From contig NC_087436.1 in the NCBI RefSeq assembly GCF_036321535.1, positions 53,260,001-53,324,000 on the forward strand: 64,000 nucleotides of DNA, written 5' to 3'. This stretch comes from Camelus dromedarius. Taxonomy: Eukaryota. Shown here piece after piece: positions 12,960 through 25,893 of this stretch. The notes below the pieces were generated by a model that saw only the letters and a list, made by a program, of their open reading frames with translations, made no database searches and had not been told where the DNA came from. Position 1 is the stretch's first letter. The number at the start of each line of letters is the position of its first letter. The translations under genes and the position numbers were made by a program.

Positions 12960-14235
12960 CATGTTAGTTGATTCCAAATTTGTATCTCAGTCTCTCTCTG
13001 GACTCCAAATTCTTTTATCCAACTCCTTACCTGACATCTCCATTTGAAGGTCTCAAAGGTATCTCAAACTGAATAGGTATAAAACTGAATCCTTAATTTT
13101 TCTCCTCCCTGCCCCTCCAAACATTTTTAGGCTCAGATCTCTTCTCTTTATTTACATTTACTTCCAAGGTGATCTCCCCTGGCCTCGAGGCTTTTAATAC
13201 ATTCTACTTACAACATTTGAGTTTATATCTCCAGCCTAGACTTACACCTGAGCTACAGACTCATATATCCAATTGCCTGACTTCTCCTCTTGGATTTTTG
13301 ATAGACATGTAAACTAAGCCTGCCTAAACCACTCTTGACCCCACCATCTCCCACCCGGCCCCCAACCTGCTCCTCCCACAGTCCCCCCATCACTCCATCA
13401 TTCCTGTTGATCAGGCTCCAGACCTCGGGTTACATTCTTTCTGTCAGGCAATGAGTATTTCAGCAAATCCTGTTAAGGTCCTGTTAAAGCAACTTTTCAA
13501 AATATACCCAAGATCTGACAATTTCTCACCAGCACCATCACTTGTCCAAGCCACCATCCTCTCCTTCCTGTCTTACAGTGATGTCTTAAATGGTCTCCCT
13601 GCTTTTCCACTTTGCCCCCATATGGAATATTCCCCACAGAGCAGCCAGAGTGAGACTGTTAAATGGAAGTCAGATCAGGTCACACTTCTCTTAAATCCCT
13701 CTGTCTTCCTTTCTCACTCAGAATAAAATCTCAAAACTTGCAACCACCAAAAGGCCCCACATGACCTGGCCCTCTGACCCCAGCTGCTCCTACTCCGTTC
13801 TCACTCTGCTCCGCCACACTGGCCTCCTCACTGCTCTCGCTGGTCAACACTCAACTTCAACACCTTTATAATTACTCTGCCCTCTCCCTGAAGTGCTCTT
13901 TCCCAAGATTCCTGGACAGTTCATTTCCTTTGTTTTGGCTCTGATGTCACTTTATCAGACTGGCCTTCCCTAAGCTTTATAAAATAGCATCCCCCCAACC
14001 CAGCCTGTCCTCTGGCACAACCTATTGCCCCTACTCTATTTTTCCCTCTGTCCTTGTCATTGGATGATGTGCTCTGCATTGTTTGTTTATTGTCAGTCTC
14101 TCTACACTAAAATGAGAGGATTCTCATGCTTCCTGAGAGCAGGGACTTGGCATGTTTTTCTCTGCCATATTCCCAGCCCCTGAAATGGTGCCTGATACTT
14201 AGCATATACGCAAAGGATGGTTAGTGAATAACTGA
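12960..14235 (+). mobile_element. L2 LINE fragments
   Basis: CT-rich L2 3' motifs (CTCCAGCCTAGAC, CCACAGAGCAGCCAGAG, CTGAGAGCAGGGACTTGG); boundaries approximate. Confidence 0.7.
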
Positions 14236-15289
14236 ATTTACTTCTAACTCCTGAATAATCTATAATCTCCTCACATCACACAAATAGTCAAAGTGAGAGC
14301 TCAACTTAAATCTCTTAGTGTTTATTTCTCAAGTCAAATCTTATTTCCTTGAAGGACCTCTCTGTAAAGAATTTCATCTGTACCAACCAGCCTCTCATTT
14401 TTGTGTCCCAGGTACAAAGCTTTGGCCTCACATTGCATTGTCTGTGTCACTGGGGACCTTGACAAAAGCTGTAACAGCCAAATGCTGAGAGGGCTCAAGA
14501 GATAATGGGAGAAAAGACAGTAGAACTGGAAACAGTGAACTGGAAACAGTGAACTGGAGATGATCCTTCTGTAAAGAAGTTTTTCTATAAAAAGAGCAGA
14601 AATGGGACAGCTAGAAGATGTGGAGGCAAGAGCAGGTTTTTGCCTTCATTTCTTACAATGAGAGAAATACAGTCATTTAATGTGTTGTTGACAATAGTCT
14701 CATGGGGAAAAGGTAATAATGCAGGAGAGAAAACTGTATATTTTTATACAATATAAAGAACACTTAGTAAAGTCTAAAGAGAACATGTGTACTTGTTTAC
14801 AGGTTGGAAAAGCAGAGATGATGTTCCAAACTAGTGACTGATTTCCTGGCAAAGAAATTTGACCTGGACCAATTGATAACCCATGTTTTATCTATTGAAA
14901 AAAATCAATGAAGGATTTGAACTGTTGTATTCAGGGCAAAGTTATCTTTTTTATGGTGACCCTGTCTCCTCCCCATAAGCTACTTTTAAAATGTAATATT
15001 TATAAGTGCATGTTTCCTTTATATATTTTTCTGACTATTTAACGTAGCAAGATTGATGTAGCGGGCTACTTCTTTTCCATGGACTTCTTATGTCATTGTC
15101 CTATATTTTTAAAAACTCTGAAATTTCTTTTAATACAAGATGGATTTCATCGCGGCTATTTTTATTTTATCGCAAAGCTGCTCACTTCAAGTAATGCCAC
15201 AGTATTTCCTTACTTTACAGTTTACAAAGTGCTTTTTTAAATGTTTTCTTCTGATAGCTGAAGGTCAGACTTTGTTTGCTTGTTTTTAC

Positions 15290-16515
15290 TTTTTCACCCC
15301 CTTTACTAGTTTCTCCCACCCTGTAGCCTTGCTTCTAGCAACCACCAGTCTATTCTCTGTATCTATGAGGTTTTTGTTGTTGCTTCAGATTCCACGTAAA
15401 AGTGAGATCATAGAGTATCTGTCTTTCTCTGTCTGACTTATTTCACTTAGCATAATGCCCTTGAGGTCCATTCATGTTGTTGCAAATGGCAAGACTGCAT
15501 TCTTCTTTATGGCTGAATAATATTTTATGACTGAGTTATCCATCCATCCTTCCACGAACACTGAGGTTATTTCCATTTCTTGGCTATTGTAAATAGTGCT
15601 GTAATGAACATAGATGTGCCTGTATCTTTTCAAGTTAGCATTTTTGTTTTGTTCAAATAAATACTCAGAAATGGAATTGCTGGGTCCTATGGTAGTTCTA
15701 TTTTTAGTTTTTTGAGAAGCCTCCATACTGTTTTCCATAGTGACTGTACCAATTTACATTCCAACCTGTTCCCACCTGCTTGGGGGTTCCCTTTTCCCCA
15801 CATCTTTGCCAACACTTGTTATTTCTTATCTTTTTGATGATAGCCAATCTAGCATGTGTAAGGTTTTGATTTGCATTTCCCTGATGATTAATGATGTTGA
15901 GTACCTTTTCATGTGTCTCTGGCCATTTGAATATTTTCTTTGGAAAAATATCTGTTCAGATCCTCTGACCATTTTTTCAGTCAGGCTGGTTTGGGGGTTG
16001 TTTTTTTGTTTTGTTTTGTTTTGTTTGCTATTGAGTTTTATGTTCTTTATATATTTTGGGTATTAACCCCTTACTGGATTGATTATGATTTGCAAATATT
16101 TTCTCCCATTTAGTAGGTTGCCTTTTTATTTTGTTGATTACTTCCTTTGGGGTGTAGAAGCTTTTTATTTGGATGTAGTCTCTGTTTATTTCTTCTTTTA
16201 ATGCTTTTACCTTTGGTGTCAGATTTTTAAAAACATCTCCAACACTTATTTCAAGAAGCTTACCACCTATATATTCTTCTAGAAGTTTCATTGTTTCAGA
16301 TCTTAGGTATAAACCTTTAATCCATTTTGAGTTAATTTTTGTGTATGGTATAAGATAGTGGGCGAGTTTTCCCAACACAATTTATTGAAGAGACTGTCCT
16401 TTCCCCATTGTATGTTCTTGGCTTCTTCATCATAAATTAATTGACCATATATGTATCAGTCTACTCCTGGGCTCTCTGTTCTGTCCCATTGAACTGTGAA
16501 TCTGTTTTTATGCCA
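15290..16515 (-). mobile_element. L1 ORF2 C-terminus and 3' UTR fragment in ADH7 intron 8
   Basis: ORF 16028..16378(-) reads [15 protein letters not shown]...KRQPTKWEKIFAN, an L1 ORF2 sequence. Confidence 0.92.
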
Positions 16516-18400
16516 ATAGAACAATTACTACTGTTATTATTACCATTTTCAATTGAAGAACCTAAGGTTGTGAGAGGCAAATAAATAACTTGCCAGCCCT
16601 TGTAGGGTCAGCACCAGGATGCAAACTCAATGCAAAGCTTGTGCTCCCCAAACTCTTCTGACAGAGCTGGAAGCTCCCAGTAACATGGGCATTTTTGTCA
16701 CTACTCTTGTTGCTTCTGAGTGTTGGGCAAGTGCAGAGGTGGAGAACAAAGAATTTGCACAAATTTCAGCAATGGTGTCTCCCTCATGGATGCCTGGAAC
16801 AGCAATCCAGAGAGTTTGTCTATAAGATAAAATGGAATTTCACTCATTGAGTCTATAAAAACTTATTGGGTATCCACTATGTGCAAGGATTTAGGTTTCA
16901 TTTGCAAAAGGAACTGGACATTAATCTGAGATCCACATTCTCAGTCATTTCCCCTTAAGCACTTTTTCAATGTTGTGTCTGGTTTCTCCAACTGGTCTAA
17001 CTAAGTGATCACTGCATTGTGAACATACATTCAAACTCTTTTTAATTTGAAGACAATGGGTTTAACTGTCTGAACTACCCATACACCTTTACTCAATTAA
17101 GCAAAACCAATAGCTTAATATGGTCAGTTTGAAAAATAGTTATAGCTGTTGTCCAAAGAAACATAAATTCCACTCTCAGGAATTTTGCTTCAAATATCAC
17201 CTTAATGCAGTGACTTCTAAATTGACATCTATAAGCCTAAGCTCTTCAATCTCCATCAGCTTCCACACAGCTCCACTTGAGCGTCCCGCTTGCGTCAACT
17301 TCACCCAAACTAACTCTTCCCCCAGTACATCTCACCTCAGCGAATGATGCCGCTTTTTCTGCTTTTACAGGTCAGAAGCCATAGCATCACATTTGACTTT
17401 TTCTTCACTCTTGCCTACCGCATGCAAACTGATGCGAAGCCCGACAAGCGAGGTCCAGTTTCTCCTCCACCATCCTCCCTCTCATTGCCTGTGATTGTCA
17501 CCTTAGTGTGGCCCAGTCATCTCTCACCTGGACATGTTAACACAGTAGCGTGATAACAGGTGTCCTGTCTTCTGTATTTCACCGTAGTAGCCAGACCTTC
17601 ACTAAGCTGCTAAACCTCAAGTTGCCTCCAAATATCAACACCTTAGCATGGTTTTGAAAGCCTTTACTTTAGGAACAAAACCTACTTTCATTTATTAATA
17701 TAATATACCCAGTCATTCAACAACTAAGAATTTGGCACACACTCTAGCTCAGCCTCTGTGCTGGGCTCTGGGAATAAAATGCGGGAGTAGGTCTCCTCCA
17801 CTTTTCTCCTGGGCACCCAGAAGTCTAAGCGCACTGGACTGCCCTTCCTGTTCTCACCTTCATAGCCTTATTCATGCTCTCCCTTCAGCCAAGAAACCTC
17901 TTTCCTCTCGTCAGCCTGTTGCAATCATACTGATGCTTCAAGAATCAGTTCGGATACCCATACCAGAGACCCACCAGAAACAAAATGAATTGGTGGGGAC
18001 CTCAGGCCCAGAAAGATTTCCAACAACAGAATTTACCTGAAGTTGCCTAAAACAGGCAGGAAGGACAATTACATAAAATGTTCCTGTTTGGAAAGTAAGG
18101 AAACAAATCACTCAAAACTATCATTTTACATTTCAGCATTCAAACTGGACAGTTCTAATGGACAGACTCTAAGTGACAGAAGATCTATGTTGTGTGACGG
18201 TGGGGACCTAGAGCTTCCTCTGCTGTGACCGTGGATCTGTTTCATAAATACAAGATCTGATGAAGATACCTAATCCTTATGAAAGAAATATTTAGAGGCT
18301 TATGAGTACCTGGGAATTAGCAGGGGACTTCGGTAAACAACATTAAAATTTTTCATTTTAAAGTTCTAAAGCTATAATTATACATTAGTTCTAAAGCTAT

Positions 18401-18434
18401 ACACACACACACACACACACACATACACACACAC
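18401..18434. repeat. (CA)n microsatellite
   Basis: Read directly. Confidence 0.95.
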
Positions 18435-18581
18435 TTGGATTTTTATGTTGAAATAGAGATTTTTTTAAAAAAGGTTTACTCAGCTGCCACCACTTAGAGC
18501 AGATTTAGCATATAAAGACATGGGATATGTATTTCCTACAGTAATATTAATTTTATAGATGGTCTTTAACACATTGTAACC

Positions 18582-18708
18582 TTTTTTTTTTTTTTTTTTT
18601 TTTTTACTTTTTTAGGGGAGGTAATTAGGTTTATTTATTTATTTGATTTTGATGGAGGTCCTGGGGGTTGAACCCAGGGCCTCATGCATGCTAGGCATGT
18701 GCTCCCCC
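18582..18708 (-). mobile_element. tRNA-derived SINE (Vic-1-like) with TSD TGTAACC
   Basis: Poly-T tail; GGTTGAACCCAGGGCCTCATGCATGCTAG core; TSD at 18575-18581 and 18709-18715. Confidence 0.85.
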
Positions 18709-19696
18709 TGTAACCATTCTTTTTTGGATTCAAATGTAAATTTTTTTTAAAGCACTTGTTATAAAATCAGTTTAAGATTTTGAAATCAGTCTATTGCATG
18801 GTACAAGTTAATTAGTTTAGAAAAGAACTAGTGAAATGTAAGGGAAGAGCCCATTTTTAAATGATTAACTTTAAGAATCATCATTATATAACTAGATGAA
18901 ACTGGAAAACACATTATAATGGGACATGAGGCTACTTGCCAGCATGCATTAATATTTCAGAAACATGTCTCTTTACAGTACTACTAAATAAAATAATAAA
19001 AATAAATATAAGTACAGCTAGAATCACACTGTAAAATGTATCCTAACATTCAGTTCAATAAAGTAGAATTGTAAGTCCCTAAGTCCCTGTTTACTTAGCA
19101 ATGACTCCATTTAACAACAACAACAACAAAATAGGTTTTCAGTTTGATACAACTGCACTGGCATTTCTATCTGTATGTCCATATATAATATACTTAAAAT
19201 TCTTAATAAATAAAATTTAATTATTTTCTAAAATGTTTTATGGTGATATGTTTTGTTTGAAGAGGGCAATTTTATTTGTTATTAAGCTTTTATTGACTAT
19301 GGGTAAAGTATTAAAGCACCTGAAAAAATATGGGAAATACTTTATAAGAAAAATAAGTAAGGTGGGCATAGCAGAAATTGAAGGTTTCAATATAAGGTCA
19401 TAATATAGCTTAGACAGTATTGCCTGGGTAGAATTGCAAAAGATCCAGGTAATTATGAGCCATTTTCACACAATGAATATTTCCCAATATAGTAGCTTGA
19501 ATTCAAGGAGTAAAAGTTCTCTTTCCTTTACCAGTTTGTGGATCTAGACTTAATCTACCATTAAAAAACAACAAAATAAAACCAAAAAACTGCTGAAATA
19601 CCTAAAAAGTATATGAAGTAGCTTCATTAGCTATTTAGCAATGACAATTCTCATAAGCACTTATAAACAGTCATAGTTTATTAGTATCTATATGTA

Positions 19697-19732
19697 TACA
19701 CACACACACACACACACACATACACACACACA
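19697..19732. repeat. (CA)n microsatellite
   Basis: Read directly. Confidence 0.95.
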
Positions 19733-22700
19733 GTCTCCACCTAAAAATCATTCGGAGACATTTCCCTCACCCATTAGCAGGTGAGGACCCTAGGACCTAA
19801 TTAATGAAGGAAAAACTGACCCCCCAAAAGCATTTGTAACCAGAAACATATGTAAAATGGATTAATGTTTATGTCTCATCTCAAAATTTGAACAACTTAT
19901 TACATAAGGATATCTAAAGTTATATACAAATATAGTTACATCAAAAGAAATAAATCGAAAAAGGAATAAACATTTATATTCTCAGATCAGTTTTTGAAAT
20001 GAACTACACTTTGTGCCTAGAACTTCTTATAAGTTATATTTTATGAAATGTTACATATGTATGTCACAATTTTATATTTTTATATTTATTATGAACCTCC
20101 ATGGAATCATTTCTCACTCCTGAGCTTGTCACAGCCAAATAGTGAATAGAAAGACTTTCTGCTATCTTTCCAGGGAAATCTGCCTATGAACAGTTCTTCA
20201 TATCATCAGAAAATGCTGGTCCTCAGGAGAGATCAGGAAATTGATAGTTCTTGTGTATCTTTCATTTCTAGTCAATGAAGCCATGAAACAATGTCAAACT
20301 GAGTTCTTGTACATTAAATCAGAGGATAAATGAGCAAGAAATAGCTAGAAGAATGTTAAACGAAATATCCAGTTTCCTGTTTGAAGAATGACCTAGAATT
20401 TTAGTCAGTTAAATCATGTGTGAAAGGTATTAATTTGTTGGGCAATTTTTTTCACTTCAACCACATATGAAGCACTGAGTTAGGTAAACACCTCACTCAC
20501 AGTGGTGAGTAAAACAGACATGGCCTCTGCCCTCCTACAGCATATGGTGTAGCAAGAGACTCAATGAATAAGAAAGTAAATAAACATACAAATGTATCAC
20601 TTAAATTTGGGATGTGTTAAATAGGGCAACAACCAAAGTACTGCGTTAGAGGAAAAAAAAAAGGAAGGAATTTTTCAACTTTCTATAAGGTGTCTTGGAA
20701 ATTTGATTTAAGCTCACGTCTGAAGAATGAGCTGGAACAGGCCCCATGAAGAGAGGGGCAAAATTCCCAGTTTAAGGAACCACATGCCTGAAGGCCAGTA
20801 ATTTGGAAAAGTTGACCGTCTCCTACCAGGCACAAAGAGCTGTCCAGAATGGCTGGTATCTGCCTCAAAACATTAACAATATTGTCCAGGTTCATGAAGG
20901 TGGAAAATGCTAATTCCTTATGGACATTTTTATATGTTTATTTATCTCAATAGTCAGCTTCCTATATGCACTTGTCCAGAAAAGAACATGCTTTAGTTAT
21001 TACCAAATTGATATGAAATGATTTGTATTTAAAGGAAGAGGAAGACAATACACGGCAGCTTTCCCAGGAATACTCTCCCCCATGACCCCAACTCCCACCT
21101 GCAAAAGTTCCTTCCATCAGCATTTTCTTCCTTGTTTCTCACCCCTCTTTATATCTAACTTTTTTTCCCTATTCCTCTGTAATAATTAGCTAATTGAATC
21201 CTCTTAAACTGGTTTGTAGTGTTTACCTTCCTCATGCATATCTATTTGTCCATCTTTTTGTTTCTCATTCCTTCATAGAGTGGGATTCTCTTCACCAAGG
21301 AAAGTGAAAATCCCTGTTACCCCACGCATTCAGCCTCAGGTTCCTATCTTTCCACCACTCTTATGACATTGCCAGTCACCCCACAAGCTAAAGAGATGTG
21401 ACTTACGCCTTCCGTTTGAGTTCAACCCATAGTATACGTGAAGTGTTGAAAGATAGGGACTATGCTTCAAGTTCTTTCTTCAAACAGTACCTAGTAGAAC
21501 ATTCTGTGCCCAGTGGAAACTACGCAAATATTCTTGACTGATTCAATAATTGAATTGAGAGGGTGATACATTTCCGGCTGTGTCAAGTGTCTAACTTACT
21601 AAATATATTATCATAATAGCCAAAAAATTGACTTTAAAATAAACGACATATTATAATAATTTTTTTTATTATAATAGCAAGATGTGCTCTTGGCAACTGC
21701 TTTTTCAAGTAATCAAATATTTAATTTCAAATCTGGATTTATTTTTCTGTACCATAAATAAATACGACTCCCACTTAAAATTCATGTCAATATCTTAATT
21801 AGAAATGTTTATTTGAATTTGCAATTGCAGATTTGGGAAAAAACAATATTTCAACTTTGTCAGCATTTTATAAATTTCAATGCCAGTTCTGGCAAAGAAC
21901 CAAATACTTACATAACGATCTGGCCTGCCTCAAATGTGGTACTATTTATTCAGCGTAGCCTTGGGTAAAACAAACTTTCCTACAAAAAACCCATGCAGTA
22001 GAAGTGCTGTACTCTGATTGTGGATTACAAGCTTAGTCAAAAGCATGATGTGGTTGCCTGACTCAAAAGGTGCAGGTTTAAAATTCTCAGCACCTGTTTC
22101 CTAAGTTCTCCCCTAGCTCTTTCAAAAGCTCTAATTAGAATGAGGGCTCTTGATTTCTCTTCACTTTGGAAAAGAAAATTGAGGAAGGTCTCCCTAGGAA
22201 TAAAAGGTCCTAAAACACTTTCAATTTATTTTTGCAAAATAGGGGACCCATGGTAGTGAGTTAGTTGTGGTGAAGGAGAATCAGAGAAATAAGCTTTCCC
22301 CAGGAAGCCACCAGAGGTTCTGGGAAGCACTTGGCTGAATTTGAAAGAAACTCTCAAGCTGATCAAGGACCAAATGACTCAGAGAAAAATGACTGGGTTC
22401 TTTCATCAGGACTTCAGCCCTGGCACTATCAGGGGGCCCTGTTTCATCTCCACTTGCTTCTAAGATGCTTGATATTGCAGAATTCTAAACTAATCTGGGC
22501 TGTGGTCCCTTTGCAAATTAAAAAAAATTATTATAATATGTCATTGTTTTTAAAGTCCATTTCTCCATATTCTGAGGTTTGTCTTGTATGAAGAATATTA
22601 AGTCCCATCTTTTCCCCCTGGTTACTTTAAATATCACATGGAATCCAAATTATTCCTGCTAATTTGGGGTAAAATGAAGAAACGGGGCTACTTCCCCACA

Positions 22701-24405
22701 TGGATGTATATTTCAGAGGCTCCATCAGCCCCTGGCCGCCAGACTAAGGACGTTCACAGAGGAGATCGTCATGTTCCTTAGGGGTCGGTGCACTAGGCAA
22801 TGTTTGTCAAAATAGCAAGGGGCCCTAAATGGGGAAACGCCTACTCATCCCCTGAAGTCAGCCCACTTCACTTACGAGACCTCTAATAGAAGGTCTCTCT
22901 CCCTTTAACCAAGAATATTTTTCTCCTTTTCAAAATTTACACAATAGAAATACCCCTGAGAGTTCATGCCCCACTACTTTACCTTAAGAATAGCTTGACG
23001 TTTTGACCTTACCCACGTAGAATCTCTCTCCAACTATAGGAATAACACCTGGATGCTTCACGGGTAACAAACCAACGTGACCACAACTAAACCCTTTATT
23101 TCCTCCAAAGGGGTTCTACCTCCTAGTTTCTCACCTAGTTTGTGGCCCTACATCCACTCGAGCTGGAAAGCTGGGCATCTTGCTGGATTCCTCCCTCTGC
23201 ACCAGTCCCCACATCTCATGAATCATCAAGACGTCGAGATTTTACCTCCTAAATATATATCAGTCAATTCCCTCACCCTCGTCCCTGCTAGCAAGTTTCC
23301 CTGTTTTTTTCGTTTTTTTTTTTTTTTTCCCCATCTCTTGCCTAAATTCCTGCAATAACTATCCAACACATGCCCCTGCCAATTGCAGGATGGTTTTGGC
23401 CTCGTTCTTCCAAATCCTCCAAACCCATCCACAGGAATGCCCAAATTGAACCCTTTTTCTGTTCTTTAAAATACCCAAAAGCTTTTTGAGAGCAAAGAAA
23501 GTAGTGGCACCAAAGAAGGCAGTGGTGCCACATTCTCTCACCTCAAGCCTCAGAGCAGAATAATCACGGTCCCACGAGGACAAGAGGTGTGGGGAGGAGA
23601 GCGAAGGCCTGCCCACCGTGACCCAGCTCTGCTTGGGCCCTGGCTGGTACCTGTTCAGGTGAGAGTGAGAGGAGCAGGCCATCACCTGAAAAGGGTGGAG
23701 AGAAAGTCAAGCACAGGTGTACTCCGCGACCGGAGCTCAGATCTTGTTGATGCGAGATCTTTCCATCAGAGCAAGAACTCTTTCTTACTGCTCCCTTTCC
23801 TTTAAGAAGGGGATTTATCTTTCACTGGTTTATTTCCCCTATTATCTTCCACTAAGGTAATTACAAAGACAGCTTTGGGAAATCCCATCCACCCTGCCTC
23901 TGGCCTTATTCCCCTCAGAATCATCTTCCCCACAGTCTCCAGAGAGAGACACAAACAAAAGGCAATCTGACCATGCCACTTCTTGGCCTAAAAATTGTTC
24001 AGAGGCTCCACTTTGCCTCCGGATACAAATATCAATCAGAGGCCCTCGGTGCTGGCCCTGCCACCCATCCCCTGACCCCTGAGTGCTTGAATTTCTCCTG
24101 CACCCACCATGCTTGGCTGTCTTTTCTTTGCTTTCTCTTTTGCTATTCTTCTTCCTAGAATATTCTCGCATTCTGCCCCCTTGTCTTAGCAAATTCCGGT
24201 TTATCCTTTAGAATTCAGCTTAGTCTTCACTCAAGAACATCTCCTCTGATCTCAGTGACTCTCTGCTCTCTCCATAACCTTGCTGGCATTCTGTCATTGT
24301 GTGGGCCATGTTATAGTGTAGTATTCTGTTTATGTGTTTGTTCCTTCACAAATCTCTTCATCTGTCTCCTGCTGCCATCAGAAAGGCTAACTAGAATAGA
24401 TGTAC

Positions 24406-24575
24406 CAGTAGATAGGCAACAGGGATATATTGTACAGCATAGGAAATTACAGCATTATCCTGTAATAACTTTTAATGGAGTATAATCTGTAAAAATCCTG
24501 AATCACTATGCTGTACTGAAACTAATATAATATTGTAAATCAACTGTACTTCAATTAAAATCAATTTTAAAAAAA
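24406..24575 (+). mobile_element. 5'-truncated L1 3' end with a 13-bp TSD
   Basis: TSD AGAATAGATGTAC at 24393-24405 and 24576-24588; TATTGTAAATCAACTGTACTTCAATTAAAA tail. Confidence 0.88.
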
Positions 24576-25428
24576 AGAATAGATGTACAACAGTGTTTTT
24601 TAAATAAATGCATAAATGAAAGTTTCTTGATTCAATGAGGACTGGTATTCTCTGCAGGATTTAGGAAGAGGCTTGGAAGCATCTACCTGGGCTGAAGAGC
24701 TATGAGCACATTCATAGTTAAAATAGGAGGGGAAACCAGAAATTGCTGCTCCCTTTTGCACATGCCTTGGGACAATTTTCCAGCTGCCTTCTTCATTTCT
24801 CTCTTCCAGTAGAGTTGAGGAAAATGAAGCAACAGCTGAAAATTTTGTGCTTGATTAAGACACCAAAATGAAATGCTGGATCAGCTGTGCAATTTGCACA
24901 AAGCAGTCTCCCACATTTATCGTGCCCAACCTAGGGATTGCTCCAGGAATGAGAGAAAATGTACAGAATATGATCTGTTGTTAGTCAGCACATAATCAAT
25001 TTGCTAGCTTACAAATAATTTCAGTAACTGAGGAAAGTTACTGGGGAAAGTGCTTATATCCTTATTCTGTCTCTTAGTCTTTCTTTTATACTTTATTTAT
25101 ATATATATCAGTTTTTAATCCCACTGAGTTGGTCCCATTTTCCCATCTTTTGTTCTTCAATTCCTTCCCTCCCCACACAAGTCCTCACTTATAACAGGTT
25201 CTAAATAAATAAAGATAGGTTGAAATAATGGCTTAGTTCAGTGATCTCTAAGAGTTTACAATAGCAGTTGCTATAATTTTCATTTTCTGTTCTTCTGTTT
25301 GTTCCATATGTTGGTGAACTTCTAACCGAGTAAGCCAGAAACTAGAATTTCATTTCATCACAGTCATGTTCATACTGAAGAGTCACTGCTTATTGACTTG
25401 TCTGGTGAACAACTCGAGAGCAGGACCT

Positions 25429-25893
25429 CTATCAGTCAGGATCCTAGCAGAAGCGGGAGATAATCAAATTAGAGTTTAATTGAAGAACGTTTAAGAGGGG
25501 TTTTTTTCAGAGGGGTAGAGAAGGTGAGTCAGTCCAACAAGGGGTGATGAGTTCTTATTACAGGGGAAACTGTCATCACTTCCAGGCCCAAGGGCAGGAA
25601 AGAGTCGCCAGAATCCAGCAGGAGCTGGAGCCATAGCAGATGGTCTGCCTGAAGGAGCAGTGGCCATAAGCAGAGGAAACAGTCTCTGCCAAGCCAGGGC
25701 AGGAATGAGGAAGACAGGAGATAAACACCCCAATTGCTCTCTCCTCCTGCCCCTGCTTTTCTGCTTGTGACCTGACCCAGCCAGAATCCAGAGGCCAGGG
25801 AGGCCTGTTGTTCCTGCTGTGGGGATCAGCCTCCTGAGGGCACAGAGCAGGATAGAGAACAGTCTGAAGGTCAGGCAGAGCATCACAAGCACA
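25429..25893. mobile_element. Old ERVL LTR (LTR33-like)
   Basis: Recalled motifs ATCAGTCAGGATCC...GATCAGCCTCCTGAGGGCACAGAGCAGG; family uncertain. Confidence 0.55.

Larger units (their letters stand above)
18161..19210 (+). other. Former ADH7 3' UTR with candidate poly(A) signal AATAAA at 19205-19210
   Basis: Follows the exon 9 remnant; AT-rich and resembles the recalled ADH7 3' UTR. Confidence 0.5.
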
